A stretch of DNA of 64,000 nucleotides. It comes from an uncultured Verrucomicrobiota bacterium (lineage in GTDB: Bacteria > Verrucomicrobiota > Kiritimatiellia > RZYC01). Every line of letters begins with the position of its first letter. Within the stretch, counting starts at the first letter, position 1. Shown here piece by piece: positions 46,872-56,598 of the stretch. Under the pieces are notes generated by a model. The model did no database searches, was not told where the DNA came from, and worked only from the letters and a program-made list of their open reading frames with translations. The stretch spans positions 7,040-71,039 of the forward strand of contig CAZBEO010000005.1 of the NCBI GenBank assembly GCA_964490935.1, read 5' to 3'. The translations under genes and the position numbers were made by a program.

Positions 46872-47981
46872 ATGGGCTTATGGAAAAAAGTGGCAGGACA
46901 GTTTGTTGATGTCATCGAGTGGGACAACGCATCGCAGGATACGCTGGTCTGGAAGTTTCCCCGGTACGACAATGAAATCAAAAATGGGGCGCAACTTATT
47001 GTGCGCGAAACGCAGTCGGCGGTCTTTCTGCACGAGGGGCAATTGGGCGATGTGTTTCAGCCGGGGCGTCACGAGCTGACCACGTCGAATATCCCGGTGC
47101 TGACCACGCTCGCAAGCTGGAAATATGCCTTTAATGCGCCATTCCGCTGCGATGTTTTCTTTGTGAATCTGCGCCAGTTCACGAATTTGAAGTGGGGCAC
47201 GCAGAATCCGATCATGCTGCGCGACCCGGAGTTCGGCCCGGTGCGCCTGCGGGCGTTCGGCACGTATTGCGTTCGGGTAAAGGACCCCGGGCGATTCGTG
47301 CAGCAGATCAGCGGGATTCTCCCGGAGTTTCGGACGGAAGATATTACGATGCAGTTCAGGAACATCCTGGTGAGCCGTTTGGCAGATGCGCTCGGTGAGA
47401 TAAAGATACCGGTGTTGGACCTGGCCGCGAATTATAATGAATTGGGAGGCCGCTTGCAGGAGCAGATGCAGCACGAGTTCGAGGAGTACGGGGTGGAACT
47501 CACGAAGTTTCTCGTCGAGAACATTTCGCTGCCGCCGGAGGTGGAGCAGGCGCTGGACAAGCGGTCCTCCATGGGCGTTCTCGGAAATATGGGTGCCTAC
47601 ACGCAATTTCAAACGGCCAATGCGATTGGCGACATGGCCAACAATCCGGGCGGCTCCGGCTCGGGCATGATGGGTGTGATTGCGGGTATGGGCGTGGGCA
47701 ATGTGATGGGCGGCACGATGCAACAGAATGCGCAGGCACCCCAGCAGCCGGGGGCGATGCCGCCGCCGCTGCCCGCTGCGGCGGCTTGGTATGCGGGGGT
47801 GAATGGGCAGCAGATCGGCCCGCTGACACCGGAGGCCTTCCGGCAACAAATTGCCGCTGGAGGCATTACGCCGGAGACGCTGGTTTGGAAGCAGGGCATG
47901 GCGAATTGGTGTGCTGCGCAGCAGGTAGGCGAGTTGGCCGGGTTGTTCAACAGCCCGCCGCCGATGCCTCCATCCCCGTAA
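46872..47981 (+). CDS. SPFH/band-7 domain protein with C-terminal DUF4339 (GYF-like) domain (COG4260-type)
   Basis: The N-terminal 250 aa resemble the COG4260 SPFH family. C-terminus WYAGVNGQQIGPLTPEAFRQQIAAGGITPETLVWKQGMANW is a DUF4339 signature. Gly/Met-rich linker. Confidence 0.65.
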   Translation: MGLWKKVAGQFVDVIEWDNASQDTLVWKFPRYDNEIKNGAQLIVRETQSAVFLHEGQLGDVFQPGRHELTTSNIPVLTTLASWKYAFNAPFRCDVFFVNLRQFTNLKWGTQNPIMLRDPEFGPVRLRAFGTYCVRVKDPGRFVQQISGILPEFRTEDITMQFRNILVSRLADALGEIKIPVLDLAANYNELGGRLQEQMQHEFEEYGVELTKFLVENISLPPEVEQALDKRSSMGVLGNMGAYTQFQTANAIGDMANNPGGSGSGMMGVIAGMGVGNVMGGTMQQNAQAPQQPGAMPPPLPAAAAWYAGVNGQQIGPLTPEAFRQQIAAGGITPETLVWKQGMANWCAAQQVGELAGLFNSPPPMPPSP

Positions 47982-48045
47982 TGCCCCTGCCGCCCGAGCG
48001 CCCGCGAATCAACCGGCGCAATGAAAAAATAATGAGGAACGCGGC

Positions 48046-49998
48046 ATGAGAAAAATAGGCACAGCAACCTTTGTGCGGCGTTGTATAACCGCGGTTCCTT
48101 TTAAGTTCGTTGCCCTCTTTCTTTTTGTTTTTGCGATGTGTTGCACCGATGTTCTTGCACGTGCGGGCGGCGGTGAAGGGTACGGCGGTGGGAGCGGGGG
48201 TTCTGGCGGAGGAGACTCGGGCGGTGGCGGTGGTGATGTGTTTATCATCTATATGCTGCTGAATCTGTGCATCCGGCATCCGGTGATCGGCATTCCGCTG
48301 CTGATTGTTGTGGCGGTGCTGTATTTTAAATACGGGGGTCAGCTTCAGGCGAAGCGACAGGGCGGCGTGATTCGTCGTGGGCGGCAGGTGCAGGCCGGCG
48401 CGGACGTGGCTTCCGCTATGGAACGGATTCGCGGGCGTGATGCGCAATTCACGCAAGAGCATTTGCTGAGTAGGCTGAAGAAGGCGTTCCTAGTTGTGCA
48501 GAAGGATTGGAGCCGCCAGGACTTGAGCGCGGCCCGTGCGTTTATGTCGGATGGGATGGTGGAGCGCTTTGAGCTTCAATTCATGGAGCAGCGCGAGCGA
48601 GGTGTGCGGAACGAGATACGGGATGTTCGGGTGACGGATATGGCGCTGGTTCAGGCCGAATCGGATGCGCTGTTTGATACGGTGAGCGTTCGGATCACGG
48701 CATCGGCGGTGGACCTCACGAAAGACCTGAAAACAGATGCGCGGGTGGATGGATCGAACGTCGCGCAGGAGTTTACGGAGTTCTGGAGTTTTGCGCGTCG
48801 TCCCGGTGCGAAAACGTTACAGAGCGGCGGGTTGATCGAGGGGAATTGTCCGAACTGCGGTGCATTGCTTCAATTGAACGAGTCAGCTCAATGTGCTTCG
48901 TGCGGGGCCGTGGTGCGTAGCGGGGAGTATGATTGGATACTGACGGAGATTACGCAGGCGTGCGAATGGGTGGCGGTGGAGAGTGATGCCGTGGCAGGGG
49001 TGGAGGCGTTGCGCGTGGCGGACCCCGGGCTTTGCATACAGCATTTGGAAGACCGTGCCGGGGTCATGTTCTGGCGTTATGTGGCCGCCCTGCGGAAGGG
49101 ACGCATTGATCCAATCCGCAAAATGGCGACGGAGTCATTCTGCGCGGAACTGAAGAAGCGTTTTGAACCGGGGCCGCAGGGGCTCCGCCGATATTTTGGT
49201 GAGTGCGCGATCGGTTCGGTCGAAACAGAAGGCGTATTGCATGGGGCGGACTACGATCGGGCGGTGATGGGGGTCCGCTGGAGCGGTGCGGCTTATTCTG
49301 TGGCCTCGGGTGCGGCGCCCCGCCGGGAGGCAGAGGCGCATGTGATTTACGATTTGTTTGTCCTGATTCGGAAGCACGGGGTGAAAACTGATGTTTCGCT
49401 GAGTCTGAGTTCGGCGCATTGCGCCTCCTGCGGCGCGGCGGTTCACGAGGAGGAGGCCAATGCCTGCGCCTATTGCAGTGCCGTATTAAACGATGGCTCA
49501 TCGGACTGGGTGTTGGAGGATATTCTTAAGGTCTATTCGCCGGAGGCGTTGGCGCTGCGCGAAAAAATACGGGCGACGGACCCGACGGTGGTTTCGCGTC
49601 GTTCTGCGAGTGCGTTGGAACAGGCGGCCTGGATGGTGCAGGTGATGTTGGCCGATGGCACGATCGACGAGAAAGAGACCGAAGCACTGCGGCATTTTGC
49701 GGAGCGCCGGCAGATTCCGCGCGAGCGTTTAGAGGCCATGATGGCGGCGGGCCGGGCCGGTGTGCTGACGGTTTCCGCACCTGAAAATCAAGAGGAAGCG
49801 AATGAGTGGCTGGACTCCATGGCTGAAATGGTGTTGGCTGATGGGGTGGTTTCGCCGAAGGAAAAAGAGGCCATGGTCAACATGGCGAGTCGTCTGCATT
49901 TTACGGAAACGGACATCGTCCAGGTGCTCGCTCGCAAGCGCACAGAGCTGTATCAGCAGAGCAAGGCCCGGTTGAAGGCGAACCGAAAAATGGAGTGA
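48046..49998 (+). CDS. Membrane protein with Gly-rich segment, two Tim44-like domains each followed by a CxxC-x..-CxxC zinc ribbon, and two C-terminal TerB-like helical repeats
   Basis: Transmembrane helix plus GGGEGYGGGSGGSGGGDSGGGGG. CPNCGALL...CASCG and CASCGAAV...CAYCS. TerB-like MLADGTIDEKETEALRHFA and MVLADGVVSPKEKEAMVNMA. Confidence 0.55.
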   Translation: MRKIGTATFVRRCITAVPFKFVALFLFVFAMCCTDVLARAGGGEGYGGGSGGSGGGDSGGGGGDVFIIYMLLNLCIRHPVIGIPLLIVVAVLYFKYGGQLQAKRQGGVIRRGRQVQAGADVASAMERIRGRDAQFTQEHLLSRLKKAFLVVQKDWSRQDLSAARAFMSDGMVERFELQFMEQRERGVRNEIRDVRVTDMALVQAESDALFDTVSVRITASAVDLTKDLKTDARVDGSNVAQEFTEFWSFARRPGAKTLQSGGLIEGNCPNCGALLQLNESAQCASCGAVVRSGEYDWILTEITQACEWVAVESDAVAGVEALRVADPGLCIQHLEDRAGVMFWRYVAALRKGRIDPIRKMATESFCAELKKRFEPGPQGLRRYFGECAIGSVETEGVLHGADYDRAVMGVRWSGAAYSVASGAAPRREAEAHVIYDLFVLIRKHGVKTDVSLSLSSAHCASCGAAVHEEEANACAYCSAVLNDGSSDWVLEDILKVYSPEALALREKIRATDPTVVSRRSASALEQAAWMVQVMLADGTIDEKETEALRHFAERRQIPRERLEAMMAAGRAGVLTVSAPENQEEANEWLDSMAEMVLADGVVSPKEKEAMVNMASRLHFTETDIVQVLARKRTELYQQSKARLKANRKME

Positions 49999-50078
49999 AT
50001 CGCCACGAAAAACACCAAAAGGCACAAAACAGGAATTGCCGCGTAGGGGTTGCGTTTTCCTGAGAGGATCGGGCAGGA

Positions 50079-52559
50079 TCAGGGTTCGTTTGAGAGTAAT
50101 TGCTGATAGTGGTCCAGCTCCACCCGAAGGGACGGTTCTGAAGCAACAGCGAGGTCGGCATAACGGGTGACCCAGGATTTTGGGGCGTTGATCGCTTGGC
50201 AGAAAAGGGCCAGCGCCATATACCGTTCGGCCTTGGTTTGCGCGGCCATGCCGGAAGTGGCAAGAGTGCTTTCAGCCAGCTTGATATAGAGTGGATTGCC
50301 AATTTGATCCCATGACTTGACGGTTTCGCCGTGCGCCAGGGCGATCACAATGCCGTTGCGGTCCGCCCGTTTGGGCTCTCCTCCCAGCATTTTTTTCACG
50401 GCGGCAGGAAGCGGTGCCTTACCGACTTCGCTAACGACCATCTGTTCCAGGGCTGCCATACCCGAATAAAGTGAGTCTATTTCCCGGGCATCGCGTTGCC
50501 CTTCATCCGTGGTTAATTTCGGCAGATTTTTCGTGAGAAGTTCCTGTGCCAGCGAATAGTTTCGCTGATTGATGGTGGGTGCGGCGGCGGCGGTGGCTTG
50601 ACGAATGCTGGCTTCATCGGCTTCTACGTCCAGGCGGTGCTGGCGTTCCGTCTCGGCCTGCTCAGCTTCCCGCCGCGCTCGTTCGGCTTCTTCTTGCTGT
50701 TTTAGGGCCTCGCGTGCGGCCTGTTCACGTTGCTTTCTGGATTCGGCCTCTGCCCGCCGGATGGCTTCCTCGTTCACCACGGGAGTCGGTGTGGGTTGCG
50801 CCAGGGTTTCCTGTTGGCCGACCTTCGGTTTACTCCGATTGACGTAGGCCATAAAAATAGGGGGAGCGCCGACCTGATAGCTTTCTAGGCGCTCGAGGGC
50901 CTTGTCGAAATTGCCTCGGGCGATGAATTTATCGAGCAGTTCCTGCCGCTGTTCCCACTTGTTTATTTGATCGCTCAGGAGCATGGCAACGGGTTGAAAG
51001 AGATAGGGCCAGAGTCGTTCTTCGCTGAGCGTGGCGGAGTCGATGTAAGCATTGAGTTGCTGGTGGGCACCGGCGTAATTGGCCTGAGCAAGCATTTTAA
51101 CGCCCATCACGTAGGCGGAGTAGTCCCGATACCAGCGGGGCCATTTTTCCGGTCCGGGCTCGAAAAGTTGGTTGGTACTGACTAGATAAAAGGCCAAGCC
51201 AGCAGGCATCAGGGCGCGGTTCGGCTCGCCATCGATCATTTCTGGAATGTCTTTTCCAAGCAGTTTTGAGAGCGTGTTGCTTAGTTCATTGGTGTTGAGG
51301 GCAAGTAACTGGACCGTTGCGCGAAAGATGGGTATCCAGTCTTTTCCGGGATGCTCTGCGGGTAGTGAGGCGTCGAAGCGAATCAGCGAATCATCCATGC
51401 TCATCAGGGCCGCCGGTTCAAAACGATAGATGTTGCGTGTCCAGGTATTCGCATGATTGATCAACTGCTGCTGTTGCTCCGTGGAAAAAAATGAGTCTTC
51501 CCTATTAAGGAAGAACCAAGCGCCTGTGCCAGCGGCGCCCAAAAGGATGAGAAAAAGTACAACCCAGAATCCGCACCCCGTCTTTTTTTCTCCGGGAGGG
51601 CGGACGGGGGTGCGCGTTACAATTTGAATCACGCTTTCTATGTCGCTCAGGAGCGAGGTGTAATTAGGGTAGCGCATGGATGGATCAGGTTCGAGCATCC
51701 GGGCGACCAGCTTGGCCGTGACCTCGTGAAGCGTAGGCTTGACGTCGAGAATGGAAGGCGCATAGTTTTTGAGTCGCGCGAGTACAACATCGGCGGCGGT
51801 ATCACCTTCGAAGGGGGGTTGTCCGGTCAGGGCGTGGAAGAGGGTGGCGCCGAGGCTGTAAATATCGGAGCGATAGTCCTCCTGCTGTCTGCGTGCTTTT
51901 TCCGGGGCGATATAATAGGGTGTTCCCCATATTTCGCCGGGTTTTGTGTGTTGTCCACGTTGCAGGAACTGGGCGAGGCCGAAGTCGGCGATTTTGGCGG
52001 TTTGATGCTGATCGAACAGAATGTTTTCCGGTTTGATGTCGCCGTGGAACAGGCCCATTTCCTGGGCGGATTGAAGTCCGAGCGCGGCATCGCGGCAAAC
52101 TTCCAGTGCGCGGAGTTCGGGCAGCGGGTGGTGCTCAATCATTTTGTCGAGCTGGCCACCGTTGATCAGTTCCATCACGATAAACGGTTTGTTGCGCTCC
52201 TCGCCGACCTGAAAAATCTGTACGACATACGGGCTGTTGATTTGTGCCGCAGCCCGGGCCTCGCGGAGGAAGTTATCCATGGCGGCAGGATCATCCCCGA
52301 GAACCTTTCCCAGCACTTTAATGGCGACCTGGCGTCCGAGTTTGGTGTCATAGGCCTGAAAGACAGCACCCATACCGCCTTTTCCAAGAAACTGAAGTAG
52401 CAGAAAATCGCCGAGTTTTTTTGGTATGGGTTGTCGCGTGCCGCATTTGGGGCATTGTACTATTGAAAACGGCTCCGCATCAGATACGTCCATGACGGTT
52501 CCGCACTTGTTGCAGGCGATGCTGTCCACCCGCTTTCCGATTATATCGTAATTGGTCAA
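50079..52559 (-). CDS. Hanks-type Ser/Thr protein kinase with N-terminal double zinc ribbon, transmembrane helix and large C-terminal coiled-coil/helical domain
   Basis: CNKCGT...CPKCGT. LGKGGMGAVFQAYD ... VAIKVL, HGDIKPENILF, DFG (IADFGLA), GTPYYIAPE. Glu/Arg/Ala-rich coiled coil near residue 600. Confidence 0.85.
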   Translation of the reverse strand: MTNYDIIGKRVDSIACNKCGTVMDVSDAEPFSIVQCPKCGTRQPIPKKLGDFLLLQFLGKGGMGAVFQAYDTKLGRQVAIKVLGKVLGDDPAAMDNFLREARAAAQINSPYVVQIFQVGEERNKPFIVMELINGGQLDKMIEHHPLPELRALEVCRDAALGLQSAQEMGLFHGDIKPENILFDQHQTAKIADFGLAQFLQRGQHTKPGEIWGTPYYIAPEKARRQQEDYRSDIYSLGATLFHALTGQPPFEGDTAADVVLARLKNYAPSILDVKPTLHEVTAKLVARMLEPDPSMRYPNYTSLLSDIESVIQIVTRTPVRPPGEKKTGCGFWVVLFLILLGAAGTGAWFFLNREDSFFSTEQQQQLINHANTWTRNIYRFEPAALMSMDDSLIRFDASLPAEHPGKDWIPIFRATVQLLALNTNELSNTLSKLLGKDIPEMIDGEPNRALMPAGLAFYLVSTNQLFEPGPEKWPRWYRDYSAYVMGVKMLAQANYAGAHQQLNAYIDSATLSEERLWPYLFQPVAMLLSDQINKWEQRQELLDKFIARGNFDKALERLESYQVGAPPIFMAYVNRSKPKVGQQETLAQPTPTPVVNEEAIRRAEAESRKQREQAAREALKQQEEAERARREAEQAETERQHRLDVEADEASIRQATAAAAPTINQRNYSLAQELLTKNLPKLTTDEGQRDAREIDSLYSGMAALEQMVVSEVGKAPLPAAVKKMLGGEPKRADRNGIVIALAHGETVKSWDQIGNPLYIKLAESTLATSGMAAQTKAERYMALALFCQAINAPKSWVTRYADLAVASEPSLRVELDHYQQLLSNEP

Positions 52560-52823
52560 AGCGCTATCATCCTGTTCATTATGCAGCCCGCTTCAGGCCT
52601 CCGCCTCGTTGCAGTCCGGGATATATCCGCCGCGAATGCCCTACACCTTAATTGGAACGTCGGCACATTGCAACAGGCTTTTTCAACCCAAAGCGGGTTC
52701 TCCGCAACCCCATTGACGTTGGGTGATTCTGTAATGGTCTGATTCCCGGTTGATCACCGGGTGCCAACCCGTTTTGGTTAAAATCGCTACCGCGATTTAA
52801 AACACTTAAAGGCCTGCGGCCTG

Positions 52824-53207
52824 CTAAGATTTGTTCTGCGCATCCAGCACTTTTTGCTGCATGGCGGCGAAATAGCGGTCGGCCTCTTCCACGCTCTCAA
52901 AAATGCTGACTTTTGGAAGGACCTGGGCAATTTCAAAGACCTTGGCGATCTGCGGCTGCAAGCGCGTCATGACCACGGAGCCGCCCCGGGCCTCCATCTG
53001 CTTGCGGGCATTGAGCACCAGGCGAAGGCCCATGCTGCTGATAAAGGTAAGAGAGGCTAGATCGAACAGCAGCGCTCGGATAGGCCTGGCGAGAACTTCC
53101 GAGAGGATGTGCGAACATTCCTGCACGGTTTCGGAGTCGAGGCGGCCTTCGAGCGCCACCTCGCAGCCATCGGTTCCTCGGGAGCGTACGGTGGTTTTCA
53201 GTGTCAT
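52824..53207 (-). CDS. STAS-domain anti-sigma-factor antagonist (SpoIIAA-like)
   Basis: 127 aa. LDLASLTFISSMGLRLVLNARK carries the conserved phosphorylatable Ser region. Confidence 0.7.
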   Translation of the reverse strand: MTLKTTVRSRGTDGCEVALEGRLDSETVQECSHILSEVLARPIRALLFDLASLTFISSMGLRLVLNARKQMEARGGSVVMTRLQPQIAKVFEIAQVLPKVSIFESVEEADRYFAAMQQKVLDAQNKS

Positions 53208-53251
53208 GCCGTGTGTTCCTTTCCTGCGTCTTTCGGTATGTACGTTTTGGT

Positions 53252-53521
53252 TCAGATGCCCATATTGCTCAAGGCACCAAGAACCTGGTTAATGCCGTCG
53301 GTCAGGTCCGGGTGTGAAACTTCCAGTCGGCGCGCGGTTCTTCGGAGTTCATCGAGCAGGGTGAGGCGATCGGGTCGGTCGGTAGCGTCATCGACCAGAA
53401 AGGCCGCGACTTTCTGTTGGAGTGTTTTTAGCTCGCTCCGGTTGGGTTCCGCCTGATCCGGAAGATGACTGATTTTTTCGCTCAGCCGGTTCAATGATTG
53501 CTTCAGTTTTTCTTTAGGCAC
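53252..53521 (-). CDS. DUF4404 family protein
   Basis: 89 aa ending ...VLGALSNMGI, the characteristic DUF4404 C-terminus. Confidence 0.6.
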   Translation of the reverse strand: MPKEKLKQSLNRLSEKISHLPDQAEPNRSELKTLQQKVAAFLVDDATDRPDRLTLLDELRRTARRLEVSHPDLTDGINQVLGALSNMGI

Positions 53522-53550
53522 GTAAACCTCCCTGCCTTTGGTTGTGGCGG

Positions 53551-54681
53551 TTATTCGGCAAATTTTATTTCGCTGTTGCGCGAAGAAAAAAAGGCGGCAA
53601 AATCTCCGTTGGTTCGCACGGCGTCAAACTCTGCGGCGTTGATCCAGGAACTGACAAAGGAGTGGCCGAAGCGGGCTGCCGCCTGCCGCAGCCAATCCAG
53701 ACAGGCCTTCGGATCATTTTTGGCGGCATAACAAACCGCCAGATTGTAGTACACGACGGAGTCCTGTTCGTCGATGCCCATTTGCTCCATCAGCAGCTTG
53801 ATGGCCCGGTCGTAGCTTCCTTGCCGGCGGTAAGCCAGACTCAGCATCTGACGCGCATCTCGGTTTTCGCCGTCGATTTCAAGAATTTTTTTCAGGTGGA
53901 GGATCGTCGGTGGGTACAGGCCGAGGGTCATACCGGCTGAAGCGGCGGCGCGGCGTGCTTCGATGGAATAAGGTTGTTCTTCCAGCATCCATTCAGCGAG
54001 CAGGAGGGCGGCCTCGTTTTCCTTCATGGCCAGCAGGGCACCCGCCAGACCCAGTTTGGCGTCCCAGCTTTCCGGCGTGGCGGCCAGGACCTCCAGCAGC
54101 TCTTGAACGGCCAAATCGTATTGCCTCATGCCAGCGTGTATGCGGGCACGCAGCCTCCGTGCGGGCATGTTTTCGGGCATGATCTCAAGCACACCGTCTA
54201 CCTGGACGAGCGCCCGTTCCCACGCGCCGTCTTCAATTAGTTTGTAGGTTAGAGCCAATTGCTGATCGCCCGCTTTCGATTGTTCCTTCAGGATGGTCAG
54301 TTGTTCGAGGATGGGGCCCTCCGCCGGGGCCTTGCGAGGCCTGGCGGTCGATTTTAGTTCATTGGTTGTTGCCTTTGCCGCGTCTGCCGCATCCTTGTCT
54401 GTGTTGCGAAAAGAGCGAATGAGCAGGGCGGCATAGATCAGAAAAAGAAGCAGCATCAGGGCCAGGCCCGCACGGCGCAGGATATCGCGCTTTCGATCAG
54501 TGTGACTTCGTCGTCGGCGTGCGATGCGCCGGACCCGATCAGGCGGGGTTCCGTTTTCCAAGCGTGCCGATAGCTCCGCCGGAGTCAACGCGACGCGTAT
54601 TTTTTTTCGGGAAGAGCCCTCACGTCTTTTGGGAAAGCCGCTTCGCTTGTTTTCGCCGTAGATGTCGTCCATTCTGCTCAT
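53551..54681 (-). CDS. Tetratricopeptide-repeat protein with N-terminal membrane anchor
   Basis: Transmembrane helix LALMLLLFLIYAALLI, then 5-6 TPR-like helical repeats (W/LG/Y/A/F/A/P pattern). Confidence 0.7.
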   Translation of the reverse strand: MSRMDDIYGENKRSGFPKRREGSSRKKIRVALTPAELSARLENGTPPDRVRRIARRRRSHTDRKRDILRRAGLALMLLLFLIYAALLIRSFRNTDKDAADAAKATTNELKSTARPRKAPAEGPILEQLTILKEQSKAGDQQLALTYKLIEDGAWERALVQVDGVLEIMPENMPARRLRARIHAGMRQYDLAVQELLEVLAATPESWDAKLGLAGALLAMKENEAALLLAEWMLEEQPYSIEARRAAASAGMTLGLYPPTILHLKKILEIDGENRDARQMLSLAYRRQGSYDRAIKLLMEQMGIDEQDSVVYYNLAVCYAAKNDPKACLDWLRQAAARFGHSFVSSWINAAEFDAVRTNGDFAAFFSSRNSEIKFAE

Positions 54682-54724
54682 GACGTTCTTTCGAAGAGAC
54701 CTTATGCGGGGAAACTAGTTGAGC

Positions 54725-55048
54725 CTAGTAGACGCCGTTGGTGGGAGGATACAGATCATCCACCACCTCCACCACTCCAGGAGTTCCAAGCGCCAGAGAG
54801 ACTGCCCTTGCGCGCACCATGTTACTAGTGGGTGCCTTGCCGCGCAGATAAACGACCCCGTCCTCCACCGTCACCATCAGGTGGCAGGCGGCTGTGACCT
54901 GGTCAATATCCAGGCGGATAGATACTGCATCCGCCAACTCCTGATCCGTAAGGGGGCCCGCCGCACCACTGGTGACGCAACCCGCAGCCAACCCGAGCCA
55001 TACTGCACAGCAGCCCGCTAAAAAAATACGACCGCTTATCCTGCTCAT
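54725..55048 (-). CDS. BON-domain lipoprotein
   Basis: Lipobox LAGC. The domain (VTVEDGVVYLRGKAPTSNMVRARAVSLALGTPGVVEVVDDL) is a BON fold. Start set at MSRISG. Confidence 0.65.
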   Translation of the reverse strand: MSRISGRIFLAGCCAVWLGLAAGCVTSGAAGPLTDQELADAVSIRLDIDQVTAACHLMVTVEDGVVYLRGKAPTSNMVRARAVSLALGTPGVVEVVDDLYPPTNGVY

Positions 55049-55306
55049 AACCCGTCTCCTCGTGAAAACCATCACCGTACTCGACGGCACCGCATGCACA
55101 CGACCCGTCACTGATTGACGTGGAATCTACACCAGTCGGAAAGGGGCGTCACCTATTATTTTCCTTAAAGCCCGGAAACCGAAAGAATCAAACATTATTT
55201 AAAAAAGGTTTTGCATCGCCTTTTCGCATTCGGTAGGTTTTTGACACTCCAGTCGGTAAGGCGGTGGGGTCATGTTGTTATAACGAACAGTAGATAAACA
55301 GGAGAA

Positions 55307-56488
55307 TTGAGTATGATGCGTTTTAAATCGTTCAGTGTTGCAGCGCTGTCCATGTTGCTGGTCGGTACCGTGCTGGCCGACGTTCCGGTGGGGCAGGTAA
55401 CTTCCAAATACGACATTACCCTCTATGGGTATATCAAGCTGGATGCTATCTACGACAGTCAAAGAACCGCCGTGGGCGATCTGGCGTTTTTTGTGTTGCC
55501 CAAGGTGGATGGCGAAGAAGATTCAGAGACGCGCCTGACGGCCCGTCAATCGCGCCTCGGCCTGAAAATCAACGGGCCCGAAGTGGAAGGCGGCAAGGTG
55601 TCCGCTCTGTTGGAGATGGACTTCTATGGCAAAGCCGACAGCGACAACGCCTACCATCCCCGCATGCGTCTGGGTTACTTGGACTGGGCGTTTGCCACGT
55701 GGTCACTGCGTGCCGGTCAGGATTGGGAAACGTTTATTGTGGTGGTGCCGAACACCATCAACTTCGCGACGCTGGCCGATCAGGGTGCGCTGGGGCTGCG
55801 CCGCCCACAGGTCCGCCTGACGAAGAACTTCGCCATGAGCGAGAGCAGCAAGCTGGTGCTGAAAGGTGCTGTAGCACGTACCGTCGGCCAGGACATCGAT
55901 GGCGGCGGCCAAGATGACGGCGTAGATTCGGATATCCCGACCTTCCAAGGTGCCGTGGAATTGCATAGCGTCCTGCTGACCGAGAAGAAAAGCGTTGCGG
56001 GCATTTCCGGTCACTGGGGTAAGGAAGTGGTCGACAGCTATACCGTGAAGGAAGAGGTCATGGATGAGAAGAAGTATGACACTTGGTCCGTGATCGGCAG
56101 CTTGAACCTGCCCATCATCAAACAGATTTCGCTGGTCGGTTCGATCTGGACCGGTGAAAATTTGGACACCTACTACGGCGGCATCGGCCAGGGCATCAAT
56201 CCGGCGGCGCAGAAAGGCATCAAGGCCACCGGCGGATTCGCACAGATTCAGGTGTTCCCGATGGATAAGGTCAACGTGAATTTCACCTACGGCGTGGATG
56301 ATCCCAAAGACGGCGATTTGGCCGCGAAGATGCGCAGCAAAAATGAAACGCTGATGGCCAACATTCATTACTCCTTCTCGCCGGACCTCATTGTGGGTCT
56401 TGAATATCAACACCTCGAGACAAAATACAAAGACAGCGACAGTGCGAAGGACAACCGCGTTCAGGCGTCCATGACCTTCAAGTTTTAA
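55307..56488 (+). CDS. Outer-membrane beta-barrel porin
   Basis: Signal peptide. Alternating amphipathic beta-strands. C-terminal ...ASMTFKF with terminal Phe. Confidence 0.7.
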   Translation: MSMMRFKSFSVAALSMLLVGTVLADVPVGQVTSKYDITLYGYIKLDAIYDSQRTAVGDLAFFVLPKVDGEEDSETRLTARQSRLGLKINGPEVEGGKVSALLEMDFYGKADSDNAYHPRMRLGYLDWAFATWSLRAGQDWETFIVVVPNTINFATLADQGALGLRRPQVRLTKNFAMSESSKLVLKGAVARTVGQDIDGGGQDDGVDSDIPTFQGAVELHSVLLTEKKSVAGISGHWGKEVVDSYTVKEEVMDEKKYDTWSVIGSLNLPIIKQISLVGSIWTGENLDTYYGGIGQGINPAAQKGIKATGGFAQIQVFPMDKVNVNFTYGVDDPKDGDLAAKMRSKNETLMANIHYSFSPDLIVGLEYQHLETKYKDSDSAKDNRVQASMTFKF

Positions 56489-56508
56489 ATCCTAAAACTT
56501 GTTTTCCA

Positions 56509-56550
56509 AACCCGCATGTTGCACCTTAGGAGCGACATGCGGGTTTTTTT
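56509..56550 (+). terminator. Rho-independent terminator after the porin gene
   Basis: AACCCGCATGT...ACATGCGGGTT stem followed by TTTTTTT. Confidence 0.8.
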
Positions 56551-56598
56551 GTCCGATGCTAAGGAAAATCAGGGACGTATTTCGGGAGGAACAGCAAC

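Noticed and set aside
55703-56413. 236-aa minus-strand ORF
   Set aside because: Antisense to the porin gene, which has a signal peptide, beta-strand periodicity and a C-terminal Phe. Treated as spurious.
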